Of a stretch of DNA of 51,562 nucleotides, positions 1-9,651 are shown piece after piece. The notes under the pieces are model-generated. The model ran no database searches, was not told the DNA's origin, and saw nothing but the letters and a program-made list of their open reading frames with translations. The translations under genes and the position numbers were made by a program. How positions within the stretch are numbered: position 1 is the first letter of the stretch; each line of letters begins with the position of its first letter. This DNA comes from an uncultured Candidatus Izemoplasmatales bacterium (GTDB lineage Bacteria > Bacillota_I > Bacilli_A > Izemoplasmatales > Hujiaoplasmataceae), in the NCBI GenBank assembly GCA_964459895.1, contig CAYWOK010000001.1, forward strand, positions 1 through 51,562, read 5' to 3'.

Positions 1-23
1 CTATAAAGTCTTTTTTGAGTCAT
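1..23 (-). CDS. 5' end of an unidentified CDS running off the left edge (MTQKRLY...)
   Basis: ATG at the complement of 21-23, preceded by a purine-rich SD-like AGGGGTGAGGAAA (complement of 24-36). It lies just downstream of the punA stop. Only 7 codons are visible. Confidence 0.3.
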
Positions 24-61
24 TTTCCTCACCCCTCGAAATTATTATATCATTCTTTTAT

Positions 62-880
62 TCAAATATCACATAAAATTCCATGCAAAAGCAGAGATAA
101 TTTCGCAGACGCCTTGTCAGCGGTATCAATTACTTCTTTGTGAGACAGTTTTCCTTTTTGAATTCCAGTAGACATGTTTGTGATACAGGATATTCCCAGG
201 ACTTTCATTCCGGCATGGTTGGCAACGATGACTTCTGGAACCGTGGACATGCCTACGGCATCTCCTCCCAGATGAATAAACGCTCTAATTTCGGATTTTG
301 TTTCATAACTTGGTCCGTTATAACCAACATACACGCCTTTTTGAAGTTTAATGTTGTTTGTGAAACCCACTTTTTCTGCCAAAGAAATCAAATTATGGTT
401 ATATGGTTCCGACATATCGAAGAATCTCGGTCCGATTTCCGAATCTTTTGCGCCTGTCATTGGATTTTTTCCCATCATGTTGATATGATCGGTTATCAGC
501 ATCAGATCTCCAGGTTTAAAATTTTCATTCATTCCGCCGCAGGCATTGGTCACAATCAGATTTTTGACTTTTAATCTGGCAAAAAGCAAAATTGGAAATC
601 GCATCTCTTCATCAGAGTAGCCTTCGTAATAATGATTTCTTCCCTGCATACAATAAATGGGTTTTCCACAAAGCGAGCCGATGTGCAAAATACCGCCATG
701 GCCTTCGACGCGTTCGGATTTTGCTGGAAAAATATCTTCATAGTTGATTGATACTTTATTTTCTAGTTTTTCCACAAAGGCGCCAAGGCCCGATCCTAGT
801 ATAACCAAAGTATCTGGTCTATGTTTTGTGCTGTTTAATATTATTGTTTCCGATTTTTGAAACCTTGATTCGTTTTGCAT
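62..880 (-). CDS. punA: purine nucleoside phosphorylase (trimeric PNP/MTAP family)
   Basis: 272 aa. Motifs LGSGLG, MQGRNHYYEGY, VTNACGG and AVGMSTVPEV. Colinear by eye with B. subtilis PupG. SD TAGGAGCGA upstream. Confidence 0.93.
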   Translation of the reverse strand: MQNESRFQKSETIILNSTKHRPDTLVILGSGLGAFVEKLENKVSINYEDIFPAKSERVEGHGGILHIGSLCGKPIYCMQGRNHYYEGYSDEEMRFPILLFARLKVKNLIVTNACGGMNENFKPGDLMLITDHINMMGKNPMTGAKDSEIGPRFFDMSEPYNHNLISLAEKVGFTNNIKLQKGVYVGYNGPSYETKSEIRAFIHLGGDAVGMSTVPEVIVANHAGMKVLGISCITNMSTGIQKGKLSHKEVIDTADKASAKLSLLLHGILCDI

Positions 881-903
881 GGTATCGCTCCTAAATTGAT
901 TGG

Positions 904-2202
904 TTAAATGTTAGAAAAAACGCGTTTATATATCAGTTCCACATGTTTGGTATAAATATCAAGTTTGAATATATCTTCAAGTTCTTGTTTAGTAAAATAA
1001 CGAGAAATGGTTTCGTCGTTTTCCAGTAAAGTTTTGAAATGGACTTCTTGATTCATTGCTTTTTCTGCCAATGGTTGAATAAGATCGTATGCATTTTCTC
1101 TTGAAAGGCCTTTATCAATCATCGCAGTCATGATTCGTTGCGAGAAAATCACACCTTGTGTCAAATCGATATTTTTAAGCATTCTTTTTTCATTTACGAC
1201 AAGATTTTGCAATGTATTGGCATATTTGGCCAACATATAGTCTAGTAAAGTGGTCGCATCAGGAAAAATGATTCTTTCCACCGACGAATGCGAAATATCT
1301 CTTTCGTGCCACAACGCAATGTTTTCGTATGCCGGAGCAATATAGCTTCGCATGATTCTTGCCAAGCCGCAGATGTTTTCGCTGGAAATCGGATTATGTT
1401 TGTGAGGCATTGCAGATGATCCTTTTTGTGTTGAGGAAAAAGCTTCCTGGACTTCTCCGATCTCTGTTCTTTGCAGGTGTCTCACTTCAAGAGCTATTTT
1501 TTCTATCGATGAAGCAATAAGTGCCAAAATGGATATATAGTGAGCGTGCCTGTCTCTTTGCAAAGTCTGGGTGGAAATGTTTGGTTTGTTTAAACCCAGT
1601 TTGTCGCAGATATATGTCTCGGCTTCAGGATCGGTAAATGCATAGTTTCCGACTGCTCCGCTGATTTTTCCGGTTTCGATTTCTTGACACGAATTATTAA
1701 ACCGAACTAGATTTCTTTTTATTTCGTCGTACCACAAAGCCCATTTTAATCCAAAAACAGTGATGTCGGCATGAATTCCGTGAGTTCTTCCGATACAAAA
1801 GGTGTTTTTGTACAAATCAGCTTTGTCTTTTAATATTGATAAAAACGCTTCGAGATCGTGTAAAATGATTTTATTGGCCTTCTTTAATATGACCGCATTC
1901 GCCGTGTCGACGATATCGGTCGAAGTCAATCCATAATGGATGTGCCTTTTTTCTTCTCCCAACGTTTCCGATACGGCTCTAGTGAAGGCTATCACATCGT
2001 GTTTGGTCTCATTTTCGAGTTCATGGATTCTGGCAATATTTACTATCGAGTTTGCTTTCAACAATGCCAGTTCTTTGGAGGATACGATTCCCCGTTCGAA
2101 CAGAAATTCGGCGTTTAAAAGTTCAATCTCAAGAAATGTGTTGAATTTGGTTTCTTCGGACCACAAATCTTTCATTGGTTTTCTCGCGTATCTATCGATC
2201 AT
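904..2202 (-). CDS. purB: adenylosuccinate lyase
   Basis: 432 aa. Fumarate-lyase signature GSSAMPHKHNP. Typical PurB N-terminus MIDRYARKPM. 4-nt overlap with folD. Confidence 0.95.
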   Translation of the reverse strand: MIDRYARKPMKDLWSEETKFNTFLEIELLNAEFLFERGIVSSKELALLKANSIVNIARIHELENETKHDVIAFTRAVSETLGEEKRHIHYGLTSTDIVDTANAVILKKANKIILHDLEAFLSILKDKADLYKNTFCIGRTHGIHADITVFGLKWALWYDEIKRNLVRFNNSCQEIETGKISGAVGNYAFTDPEAETYICDKLGLNKPNISTQTLQRDRHAHYISILALIASSIEKIALEVRHLQRTEIGEVQEAFSSTQKGSSAMPHKHNPISSENICGLARIMRSYIAPAYENIALWHERDISHSSVERIIFPDATTLLDYMLAKYANTLQNLVVNEKRMLKNIDLTQGVIFSQRIMTAMIDKGLSRENAYDLIQPLAEKAMNQEVHFKTLLENDETISRYFTKQELEDIFKLDIYTKHVELIYKRVFSNI

Positions 2203-3056
2203 TGTTTTTCACCTCGAAGATATCTGTAACAAGTCAAAGTGTTTTCCAAAAGGCAAGCAATGGTCATCGGTCCAACACCGCCCGGAACAGGCGTGATGAA
2301 CCCGGCTTTTTCTTTGGCGCTTTCAAAGAAGACATCGCCAGTAAGTTTGCCATCGACTCTAGATGTTCCCACATCAATGACTACCGCGCCTTCTTTAATA
2401 TATGTTTTGTCAACCAAATTCGGCTTTCCGATGGCGACCACCAAAATATCTCCGAGTTGAGCGACTTTGTTCAATTCTTTTGTCCGACTATGACAAACGG
2501 TCACGGTTCCATTGGCTTTTAACAACAGGGATGCCATCGGTTTTCCGACAATTTGGCTTCTGCCAATGACCACGCAATGTTTCCCCTCGATTTCAATGTG
2601 ATATTTTTCCAAGAGCCGCATGATTCCTAATGGCGTGCAAGGAACAAGCCCCGGGTGCCCCATGGCAAGTTTGGCAACGTTTATTGGTGTAAATCCATCA
2701 ACGTCTTTTTCCGGCAGAATTTTGGAGATGATTTTATCTGCATCGAGATGTTTCGGAATCGGCAGTTGCAACAAAATACCGTCAACATCATTATTTGCAT
2801 TCAAATCATCGATCAAATTTAACAATTCCATTTCCGATATGCTGTCATCTTTGTGGATTATTGAACTTTTGATTCCGGCGTATTGACATGCTTTTTCCTT
2901 GCCCGAAACATATGTCTGGCTTGCCGGGTCTTCGCCAATCAAAATCACGGTCAAATGAGGAATTTTACCATATTTTTCTACAAGTTTGACCACGTCAAGC
3001 CTGACTTGGCTTCTGATTTCAAGCGCAAGTTGTTTTCCATCAATAATTGTAGCCAT
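2199..3056 (-). CDS. folD: bifunctional methylenetetrahydrofolate dehydrogenase/methenyl-THF cyclohydrolase
   Basis: 285 aa. Motifs YVSGKEKAC, GRSQIVGKPMASLLL and PVPGGVGPMT. Confidence 0.95.
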   Translation of the reverse strand: MATIIDGKQLALEIRSQVRLDVVKLVEKYGKIPHLTVILIGEDPASQTYVSGKEKACQYAGIKSSIIHKDDSISEMELLNLIDDLNANNDVDGILLQLPIPKHLDADKIISKILPEKDVDGFTPINVAKLAMGHPGLVPCTPLGIMRLLEKYHIEIEGKHCVVIGRSQIVGKPMASLLLKANGTVTVCHSRTKELNKVAQLGDILVVAIGKPNLVDKTYIKEGAVVIDVGTSRVDGKLTGDVFFESAKEKAGFITPVPGGVGPMTIACLLENTLTCYRYLRGEKQ

Positions 3057-3058
3057 AA

Positions 3059-3586
3059 TTACTTTTCTTCCTTGTAAATGTAATGATCTACAATTTCGCC
3101 AAAATATACTGTATGGATGGCATGATTTGTCGATTGAGGATTGTAGTATTTATCTTTTACAATCCGATTGACGTCAACTTGATTGAGCTTTTGTTTATAT
3201 AATACTTTGCATTCATAATGCAATCCCGCTTCTTTGATGACTGGAGTATCTATTTTTCTGCCTTTAAGCGGCGTGAGTCCCAATTCCTTGAATTTATTGA
3301 ATTCGCGAAGTGATTTTGTACCGCAAAAGCTTAGTTCCTTGGTCATTTTATTTATAATCGGAATACTGATGGTGAATTCCATGCTTCCTTCCAAGAGCTC
3401 ATATGTGGCTCTCGAATCGCGGACAAGAACCATAAAAATCGGCCGTCCCCACACAACAGTCACGCCACCCCAACCGATTGTCATGGTATTGAGGACGCCT
3501 TTGTGAAAGGTGGTGAGAAACACGCCTGTGGACAAGTTTTGCAATACTTCCTCAGCATATTCTGTCACGCCAATTTCCTTATACAT
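3059..3586 (-). CDS. flavin reductase-like (FMN-binding split-barrel) protein
   Basis: 175 aa. Resembles the flavin_reduct domain (LNTMTIGWGG...). SD AAGGAGAG. First gene of the folD-purB-punA transcription unit. Confidence 0.6.
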   Translation of the reverse strand: MYKEIGVTEYAEEVLQNLSTGVFLTTFHKGVLNTMTIGWGGVTVVWGRPIFMVLVRDSRATYELLEGSMEFTISIPIINKMTKELSFCGTKSLREFNKFKELGLTPLKGRKIDTPVIKEAGLHYECKVLYKQKLNQVDVNRIVKDKYYNPQSTNHAIHTVYFGEIVDHYIYKEEK

Positions 3587-3728
3587 ATTATCACTCTCCT
3601 TAGAATATAATTATATCACAAGCAAGGGATTCAGATAAAGAAAAACCAGAATCTGGGTTGTGATTAGCGATAGATTTGGCATGCATTTCTAATATTCTAT
3701 CTTTTTTCAGCATATCACGTGAATTTTG

Positions 3729-3737
3729 TGATAAAAT
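3729..3737 (+). promoter_or_regulatory. extended -10 promoter element (TGaTAAAAT) for the aro operon
   Basis: TGATAAAAT at 3729-3737, about 30 nt upstream of the tyrA ATG. No good -35. Confidence 0.4.
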
Positions 3738-3767
3738 TATATAAACTAAAATATGAGGTGTTGTTTT

Positions 3768-4613
3768 ATGAATATCGGCATTATCGGATTAGGATTGATG
3801 GGTGGATCGATTGCGTTATCTTTAAAAGGGCAACACAACATTTATGCTTTCGATATCTCTCGCGAAAGTCTTCAATACGCGCTTGATAACGGCGTTATCG
3901 ATCAGGCTTATTTTGATTTGGAGAAATTGCTGGCACAAATCGATATCGCCTTTCTCTGTGTCTATCCGAAAGCATGCGCCAACTTCATACTGGAAAATCA
4001 AAGCAAATTTAAAGCAGATACAATCATCATTGAAATTTCCGGAATAAAATCCGGCTTGGTAAATGAGGTTATTCCGCTTCTAAGAAAAGATATTGATTTG
4101 GTTTTCACCCATCCGATCGCGGGAAGAGAAAAAATTGGAATATACCATTCGCAAAAATCTATTTTTGAGAACCAGAATTATGTCATCGTCCCAACAAAGA
4201 AGAACAAGAAGGAAAGTTTGCAAATCGCAACCACACTTGCAATGCAAATGGGTTTTAAAAACGTTTCTTATCTAACTGCCGAAGAACACGACGAAATCAT
4301 TGCCTACACATCTCAGCTCGCACACGTCCTGGCATTGGCTTTAATGGAATCTGACAGTCAAAAATATGATACTGCAAAATTGATTGGCGACTCTTTTCGT
4401 GATCTTACCAGAATCTCAATGATCAATGAAGCCCTTTGGAGCGAATTACTAATAGAAAATAAAGAGTATTTGTTGCCACAAATTGACAAAATGATTGAGT
4501 CGATTGGAAAATACCGCACTGTAATCGAAGCCAAAGATGTCGAATCTTTGACAAATTTGATGCGTAAAGCCAAAGAAATGCGGCTTGCTCTGGAAAAGGA
4601 AGTGGCGGAATGA
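3768..4613 (+). CDS. tyrA: prephenate dehydrogenase
   Basis: Rossmann motif MNIGIIGLGLMGGS and the FTHPIAGRE motif. Start moved to the ATG at 3768, which follows SD GAGGTG; the ORF-track start at 3753 overlaps that SD. Confidence 0.9.
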   Translation: MNIGIIGLGLMGGSIALSLKGQHNIYAFDISRESLQYALDNGVIDQAYFDLEKLLAQIDIAFLCVYPKACANFILENQSKFKADTIIIEISGIKSGLVNEVIPLLRKDIDLVFTHPIAGREKIGIYHSQKSIFENQNYVIVPTKKNKKESLQIATTLAMQMGFKNVSYLTAEEHDEIIAYTSQLAHVLALALMESDSQKYDTAKLIGDSFRDLTRISMINEALWSELLIENKEYLLPQIDKMIESIGKYRTVIEAKDVESLTNLMRKAKEMRLALEKEVAE

Positions 4614-5875
4614 ATGTATTGATCTATCCTAGAAAACTTGGTGGTTCGGTAGCCGTTCCGCCTTCAAAAAGCCAATCGCACAGAGCAATAATTGCCGCTT
4701 CGCTGGCAAAAGGCAAAAGTGTAATTTCCAACGTTATCTACAGTGAAGATATATTGGCCACAATTGGCGCAATGGAAAAAATCGGTGTTAAGTTCATAAA
4801 AAATCCCAACCAATTAATCGTCAACGGCGTTTCTCGAATAGGAATCTCCGACGATAATTTTATCGAATGCAATGAATCTGGTTCCACACTAAGATTTTTG
4901 ATTCCAATATTATCCTTAAGCAGGCAAAAAATCGTATTTACAGGCAAAAAAAGTCTGTTTCAAAGACCGTTGGGTGTATATGAATCTTTATTCAAAAATA
5001 TGAAACTTCAATTTCAGAAAAACGAAGATTCTTTGATTATCTCCGGAAGTTTGATGCCAGGCAACTATTCGATTCCAGGGAACATCAGCAGTCAGTTCAT
5101 TTCAGGCCTTTTGTTTGCCCTTCCTTTATTAAAAGGAGATTCCAAGATAACCATCGTTGAACCTTATGAGTCAAAAAAATACGTTGATATGACCCTCGAC
5201 ATGTTGAAAAAATCTGGCATCGAGGTTTTGGAATCCAATCTGACGTACACTATAAAAGGCAATCAAACGTATTCTCCAATCCAAATAAAAATCGAAGGGG
5301 ATTATTCCCAAATGGCTTTTTTTGCGGTAATGGGTCTTATCGGCGAAGACATCGAATGCAAAAACATGCCCTTTGAGTCTTTGCAACCTGATTTTAAAAT
5401 CATGGATTTCATCGCTCAAACCAAAGGTCAATTCACAAAAATCGATAATGGCTATCAATTTATAAAATCACAGACCGTGTCAGGAACCTTTGATGTAAGT
5501 CAATCGCCTGATATAGCGCCGATTCTTGCGATATTGTTAGCTTTATCGAAAGGCACGAGTGTTATTGAAAATGCAGACCGATTGAAATTGAAAGAATCCA
5601 ATCGGCTTTTATCGACATACAATACGTTAAAAACGCTTGGTGTTAAAGTTGAGATGACAGAAGATTCGTTGATTATCGAAGGCCAACCCGACTTTGAAGG
5701 CGGAATTTTCGACTCATATAACGATCATAGAATTGTAATGTCCATCGCAGCGGCATCGGTCCGATGTAAAAAACAAGTCTTGATCAAGAATGCCGAAGCG
5801 GTACAAAAGTCGTATCCTGATTTTTTCGAGGATTTTAAATCACTTGGAGCTGAAATAACCTTTCTTGAGGAGTAA
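4610..5875 (+). CDS. aroA: 3-phosphoshikimate 1-carboxyvinyltransferase (EPSP synthase)
   Basis: 421 aa. Motifs PPSKSQSHR, NESGSTLRFL and NDHRIVMS. ATGA overlap with tyrA. Confidence 0.95.
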   Translation: MNVLIYPRKLGGSVAVPPSKSQSHRAIIAASLAKGKSVISNVIYSEDILATIGAMEKIGVKFIKNPNQLIVNGVSRIGISDDNFIECNESGSTLRFLIPILSLSRQKIVFTGKKSLFQRPLGVYESLFKNMKLQFQKNEDSLIISGSLMPGNYSIPGNISSQFISGLLFALPLLKGDSKITIVEPYESKKYVDMTLDMLKKSGIEVLESNLTYTIKGNQTYSPIQIKIEGDYSQMAFFAVMGLIGEDIECKNMPFESLQPDFKIMDFIAQTKGQFTKIDNGYQFIKSQTVSGTFDVSQSPDIAPILAILLALSKGTSVIENADRLKLKESNRLLSTYNTLKTLGVKVEMTEDSLIIEGQPDFEGGIFDSYNDHRIVMSIAAASVRCKKQVLIKNAEAVQKSYPDFFEDFKSLGAEITFLEE

Positions 5876-5879
5876 TTAT

Positions 5880-6860
5880 ATGAAAACAATAACTGTGCGT
5901 TCCGGATATCGTGATTATAATATCTATATTGAAAACGATCTCCTGAATCGTTTGGAGCCTCATTTTAATTCCGACAAACAATATGTTCTCATTGCGGATG
6001 ATGGGATTCCTGAAATTTATTTGGAAAAAATTAAAAATATATGTCCTCATCTTTTGCAAGTGACTTTCCCTCGGGGTGAAAAAAGTAAATCACTTGAGGC
6101 GTACGAAAGAATCGTTCAAATCCTGATTGCAAACAACATCTCCAAAGACGCGATCATTATCGCTCTAGGCGGAGGCGTTACTGGAGATCTCGCGGGCTTT
6201 GTGGCATCCACATATTTGCGTGGCATTCCCTATATTCAAATTCCCACAACGCTTCTGGCCCAAATTGATTCCAGCGTCGGCGGAAAAGTCGCCGTGAATG
6301 TTGGTAATACCAAAAATGTCATTGGACAAATATACCCGCCACTAAAAGTGCTCATTGACCCGCTTGCTTTAAAAACTTTGGAAAAAAGACAGTTAATGAA
6401 CGGCATGGCGGAAATGATCAAATATGGCATGATCGCAGATGAAGATTTTTTTAATCAGATAAAAAATGAAAATGTTTTTTCTGATATGGAAAAATATATT
6501 TCCCGCTCAGTTGAAATAAAAAAGGAATTTGTCGAAAAAGACGAACTTGATAATAATGTCAGACAAGCTTTAAATTTCGGACACACTTTCGGACATGCCA
6601 TTGAATCATTCTATGACTTTGAAAAATATCTTCATGGAGAAGCGGTTGCGATTGGGATGGTTAGAATTCTTTCCGATAACCCTATAAAAGCAGAATTGGT
6701 TTCCGTGTTAAAAAAATATCACTTGCCAACTTCCGATCCTGTCGCCGCAAACGACTTGATTCCATATATATTGAAAGACAAAAAGAACCGTAGCAATATC
6801 TCATATTTTGTAGATGTTCCTAAAATTGGAACCTTCGAAATTAAAAAATTGACATTATAG
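5880..6860 (+). CDS. aroB: 3-dehydroquinate synthase
   Basis: Motifs GGGVTGDLAGF and NFGHTFGHAIE. Start at 5880 follows SD GAGGAG. Confidence 0.93.
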   Translation: MKTITVRSGYRDYNIYIENDLLNRLEPHFNSDKQYVLIADDGIPEIYLEKIKNICPHLLQVTFPRGEKSKSLEAYERIVQILIANNISKDAIIIALGGGVTGDLAGFVASTYLRGIPYIQIPTTLLAQIDSSVGGKVAVNVGNTKNVIGQIYPPLKVLIDPLALKTLEKRQLMNGMAEMIKYGMIADEDFFNQIKNENVFSDMEKYISRSVEIKKEFVEKDELDNNVRQALNFGHTFGHAIESFYDFEKYLHGEAVAIGMVRILSDNPIKAELVSVLKKYHLPTSDPVAANDLIPYILKDKKNRSNISYFVDVPKIGTFEIKKLTL

Positions 6861-6884
6861 CCCTTAATAAGGAGGCTTGAATTT

Positions 6885-7979
6885 ATGAATACTTTTGGTC
6901 AACTGTTGAAGATCACATTCTTTGGAGAATCCCATTCAGAGCTGATAGGAATCGTAATCGACAATCTAGCTCCTGGGATTACATTGGACGAAAATCTAAT
7001 CAAATCGCAATTACAAAAAAGACGACCTTCCGGTTCTCTTTCCACTCCAAGACAAGAACAAGACGATTATGAAATTGTCTCAGGATATTTCAATAATCAA
7101 ACAACTGGAGCCCCGCTAACTATCGTCATTCATAACCGGGTGCAGCTTTCTGAAGACTATAAACACCTTGAAGGAAAACCCCGTCCAAGTCACTCTGATT
7201 ATCCCGCTTTCATCAAGTATTCCGGAGCGAACGACCCAAGAGGTGGAGGCATTTTCTCTGGTCGCCTGACTGCCTTGTGGATGATAATCGGTGCAATCTC
7301 AAAACAAATCCTTAATGCTAAGGGCATATACGTTGGATCTCACATTCTAAGTATAAAAAGCATAAAAGATACTGGTTTTGATAAATCAAATGTAAATAAT
7401 GAATTTATAGAAATCCTGGAAAATAGCGGTTTTCCCGTCATAAACCATGAAATTGAAACAAAAATGACGGCAGAGATACTCAAAGCGAAAAATGATGGCG
7501 ATTCGGTTGGAGGCATCATTGAATCTGCCATAATTAATCTTCCTGCAGGTCTTGGAGAACCGTTGTTCCTGTCGTTTGAGAGTTATTTGGCTCAAGCTTT
7601 GTTTTCCATTCCCGGAGTCAAGGGAATTGAATTTGGTACTGGATTTTCAATGACAGAAAAGTATGGTTCTGAGGTAAATGACGAATACTTTTTCGACGAA
7701 GGAAAAGTGAAAACAAGATCCAATAATAATGGCGGAATTCTTGGTGGAATCACTTCGGGAATGCCCGTTATTTTACGTCTGGCAATCAAGCCAACGCCAT
7801 CCATTTCCAAAAAACAACACACCGTAGATCTTATTGAAAACACCAATATCGAATTGGAAATAAAGGGCCGTCATGATCCCGCAATCATCCAAAGAGCCAT
7901 TCATGTAGTCAATTCAGTATTATATTTTTCTGCGTTGGATTTGTTGCTTTTGTCACAAGCCAACAAATGGATGCGTTGA
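6885..7979 (+). CDS. aroC: chorismate synthase
   Basis: 364 aa. Motifs FGESHS, RPSHSDY, GGILGGITSG and KGRHDP. Confidence 0.95.
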   Translation: MNTFGQLLKITFFGESHSELIGIVIDNLAPGITLDENLIKSQLQKRRPSGSLSTPRQEQDDYEIVSGYFNNQTTGAPLTIVIHNRVQLSEDYKHLEGKPRPSHSDYPAFIKYSGANDPRGGGIFSGRLTALWMIIGAISKQILNAKGIYVGSHILSIKSIKDTGFDKSNVNNEFIEILENSGFPVINHEIETKMTAEILKAKNDGDSVGGIIESAIINLPAGLGEPLFLSFESYLAQALFSIPGVKGIEFGTGFSMTEKYGSEVNDEYFFDEGKVKTRSNNNGGILGGITSGMPVILRLAIKPTPSISKKQHTVDLIENTNIELEIKGRHDPAIIQRAIHVVNSVLYFSALDLLLLSQANKWMR

Positions 7980-7982
7980 GAT

Positions 7983-9242
7983 ATGTACGGTTTATTAGGA
8001 AAGTCTCTTTCTCATAGCTTATCGCCTATGATTCATACTGGTTTTGGAAACAAGGAATACCGCCTATTCGAAACCGAAGACTTAGACGGATTTCTTAAAG
8101 CAAAAAACTTTAAGGGTATCAACATCACAATTCCTTTCAAAGAAAAGATTATTCCATACTTGGATAGCCTTGACGAAGTCGCCAACAGAACGTCCTCAGT
8201 CAACACGGTTATTAGCAAAGACGGTTTGTTGATTGGGTATAATACCGATTATTTTGGTTTGAAATCAATGCTTGAATATTTCAAAGTTTCAATAGCGAAC
8301 AAGCGCATCTTGATAGTAGGCAATGGTGGAGTTGCAAAAACCGCCAAAACACTATTCAAGGATTTAAACGCGAAAAGCGTCTTGAACATATGTCGCACCA
8401 TTCGCGAAGATGGCGAAATAACTTTTAGCGAAATTGACAAGATTACGGATTGTGATATAATCGTTAATACAACTCCGGTAGGAATGTATCCCAACAATCA
8501 GGATAAATATCTGTTTTCGCTCACTAGATTTTCTGGGTTGGAATTGGTAATTGATCTCATTTACAATCCTTTACAAACAAATTTGCTTCAAGAAGCGAAA
8601 GATTTAAGTATTCCTTCTATCAACGGATTATTCATGGTAATCGCTCAAGCCGCTTCTGCTCACGAACTGTTCTTTGATCAAAAATTATCAGCGGAATTAA
8701 TCGAGCAAACTTATTCTGCGGTAAATAGAAAATTAACAAATCTTGTTCTAATTGGACTTCCTTCAAGCGGAAAGTCCATGTATGCGAAGAAACTTCATGA
8801 TATTTTTCATAAAGATATCATCGATACGGATTCTGAAATCGTCAAAGATCAAAACATGGAAATTACGGATATTTTTGAAAAGTTTGGGGAATCATATTTT
8901 CGAAAACTTGAATATGCTTTGGTTGAAAAAATTTACAAAAATCAAAATTGTGTAATTTCAACTGGCGGCGGCATGATTCTCGATGAAAAACTGATGCATT
9001 TGTTAAAACAAAACGGACTTGTCATCTTTCTTGATAAAAAACCTGAAGCGATTGCCAAACACAAGATTGAAAACCGTCCTTTGATAAAAAAAAGCAGCGA
9101 TATCTTTCAGTTGTCTCATCAACGCAGACCTTTATACGAAAAATATGCGGATGTTATTCTGAAAATCAAAAGGGAATCAAATTATCACTTTAAGGAAATC
9201 GAGGTAAAAATCAATGAACATTTTGATTATAAACGGCCCTAA
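7983..9242 (+). CDS. aroE: fused shikimate 5-dehydrogenase / shikimate kinase
   Basis: 419 aa. The N-terminal ~250 aa carry AroE motifs (SLSPMIH, INITIPFKE, SVNTV, GYNTDYFG, VGNGGVAKT). The C-terminal ~165 aa carry AroK motifs (Walker A GLPSSGKS, DTDSEI, STGGGM, NRPL). Confidence 0.9.
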   Translation: MYGLLGKSLSHSLSPMIHTGFGNKEYRLFETEDLDGFLKAKNFKGINITIPFKEKIIPYLDSLDEVANRTSSVNTVISKDGLLIGYNTDYFGLKSMLEYFKVSIANKRILIVGNGGVAKTAKTLFKDLNAKSVLNICRTIREDGEITFSEIDKITDCDIIVNTTPVGMYPNNQDKYLFSLTRFSGLELVIDLIYNPLQTNLLQEAKDLSIPSINGLFMVIAQAASAHELFFDQKLSAELIEQTYSAVNRKLTNLVLIGLPSSGKSMYAKKLHDIFHKDIIDTDSEIVKDQNMEITDIFEKFGESYFRKLEYALVEKIYKNQNCVISTGGGMILDEKLMHLLKQNGLVIFLDKKPEAIAKHKIENRPLIKKSSDIFQLSHQRRPLYEKYADVILKIKRESNYHFKEIEVKINEHFDYKRP

Positions 9243-9651
9243 TTTAAATTTTTTAGGTATTCGTGAACCTGAAATATATGGCGATTTGACTTATAACGAC
9301 CTTGTCAACTATTTGCTTGATTATTCAAAAGAAGCCGAAGTTTCGATTGAAGTATACCAAAGCAACCATGAAGGGGAAATCATCGATATCATTCAGGATA
9401 ATTATTTACGTTTTCAAGGCCTTGTAATCAACCCTGCCGCTTTGACTCATTATTCTTATGCGCTTTATGATTGTATTAAGTCTGTTCCGTTGCCTACAGT
9501 AGAAGTTCACTTATCTGATATCACAAAAAGAGAGCCGTTCAGAAATAATTCCGTCATCAAACCCGCCTGTATAGAACAAATATCCGGTAAAGGTTTCCAA
9601 AGTTATACCGAAGCAATTGACTTGCTTAAGAGAGGACATAAAGAATCATGA
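9214..9651 (+). CDS. aroQ: type II 3-dehydroquinate dehydratase
   Basis: 145 aa. Motifs ILIINGPNLNFLGIREPEIYG, QSNHEGE, NPAALTHYS and VEVHLSDI. 29-nt overlap with aroE-aroK. Confidence 0.95.
   Translation: MNILIINGPNLNFLGIREPEIYGDLTYNDLVNYLLDYSKEAEVSIEVYQSNHEGEIIDIIQDNYLRFQGLVINPAALTHYSYALYDCIKSVPLPTVEVHLSDITKREPFRNNSVIKPACIEQISGKGFQSYTEAIDLLKRGHKES

Noticed and set aside
140-574. 144-aa plus-strand ORF antisense to punA
   Set aside because: It lies entirely inside a well-supported conserved gene on the other strand. It has no SD and no motifs.
3587-3767. Regulatory RNA or attenuator (TRAP-type GAG/TAG repeats, T-box) upstream of the aro operon
   Set aside because: There are no triplet repeats and no terminator/antiterminator pair. 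The imperfect palindrome AACCAGAATCTGGGTT is too weak to interpret.
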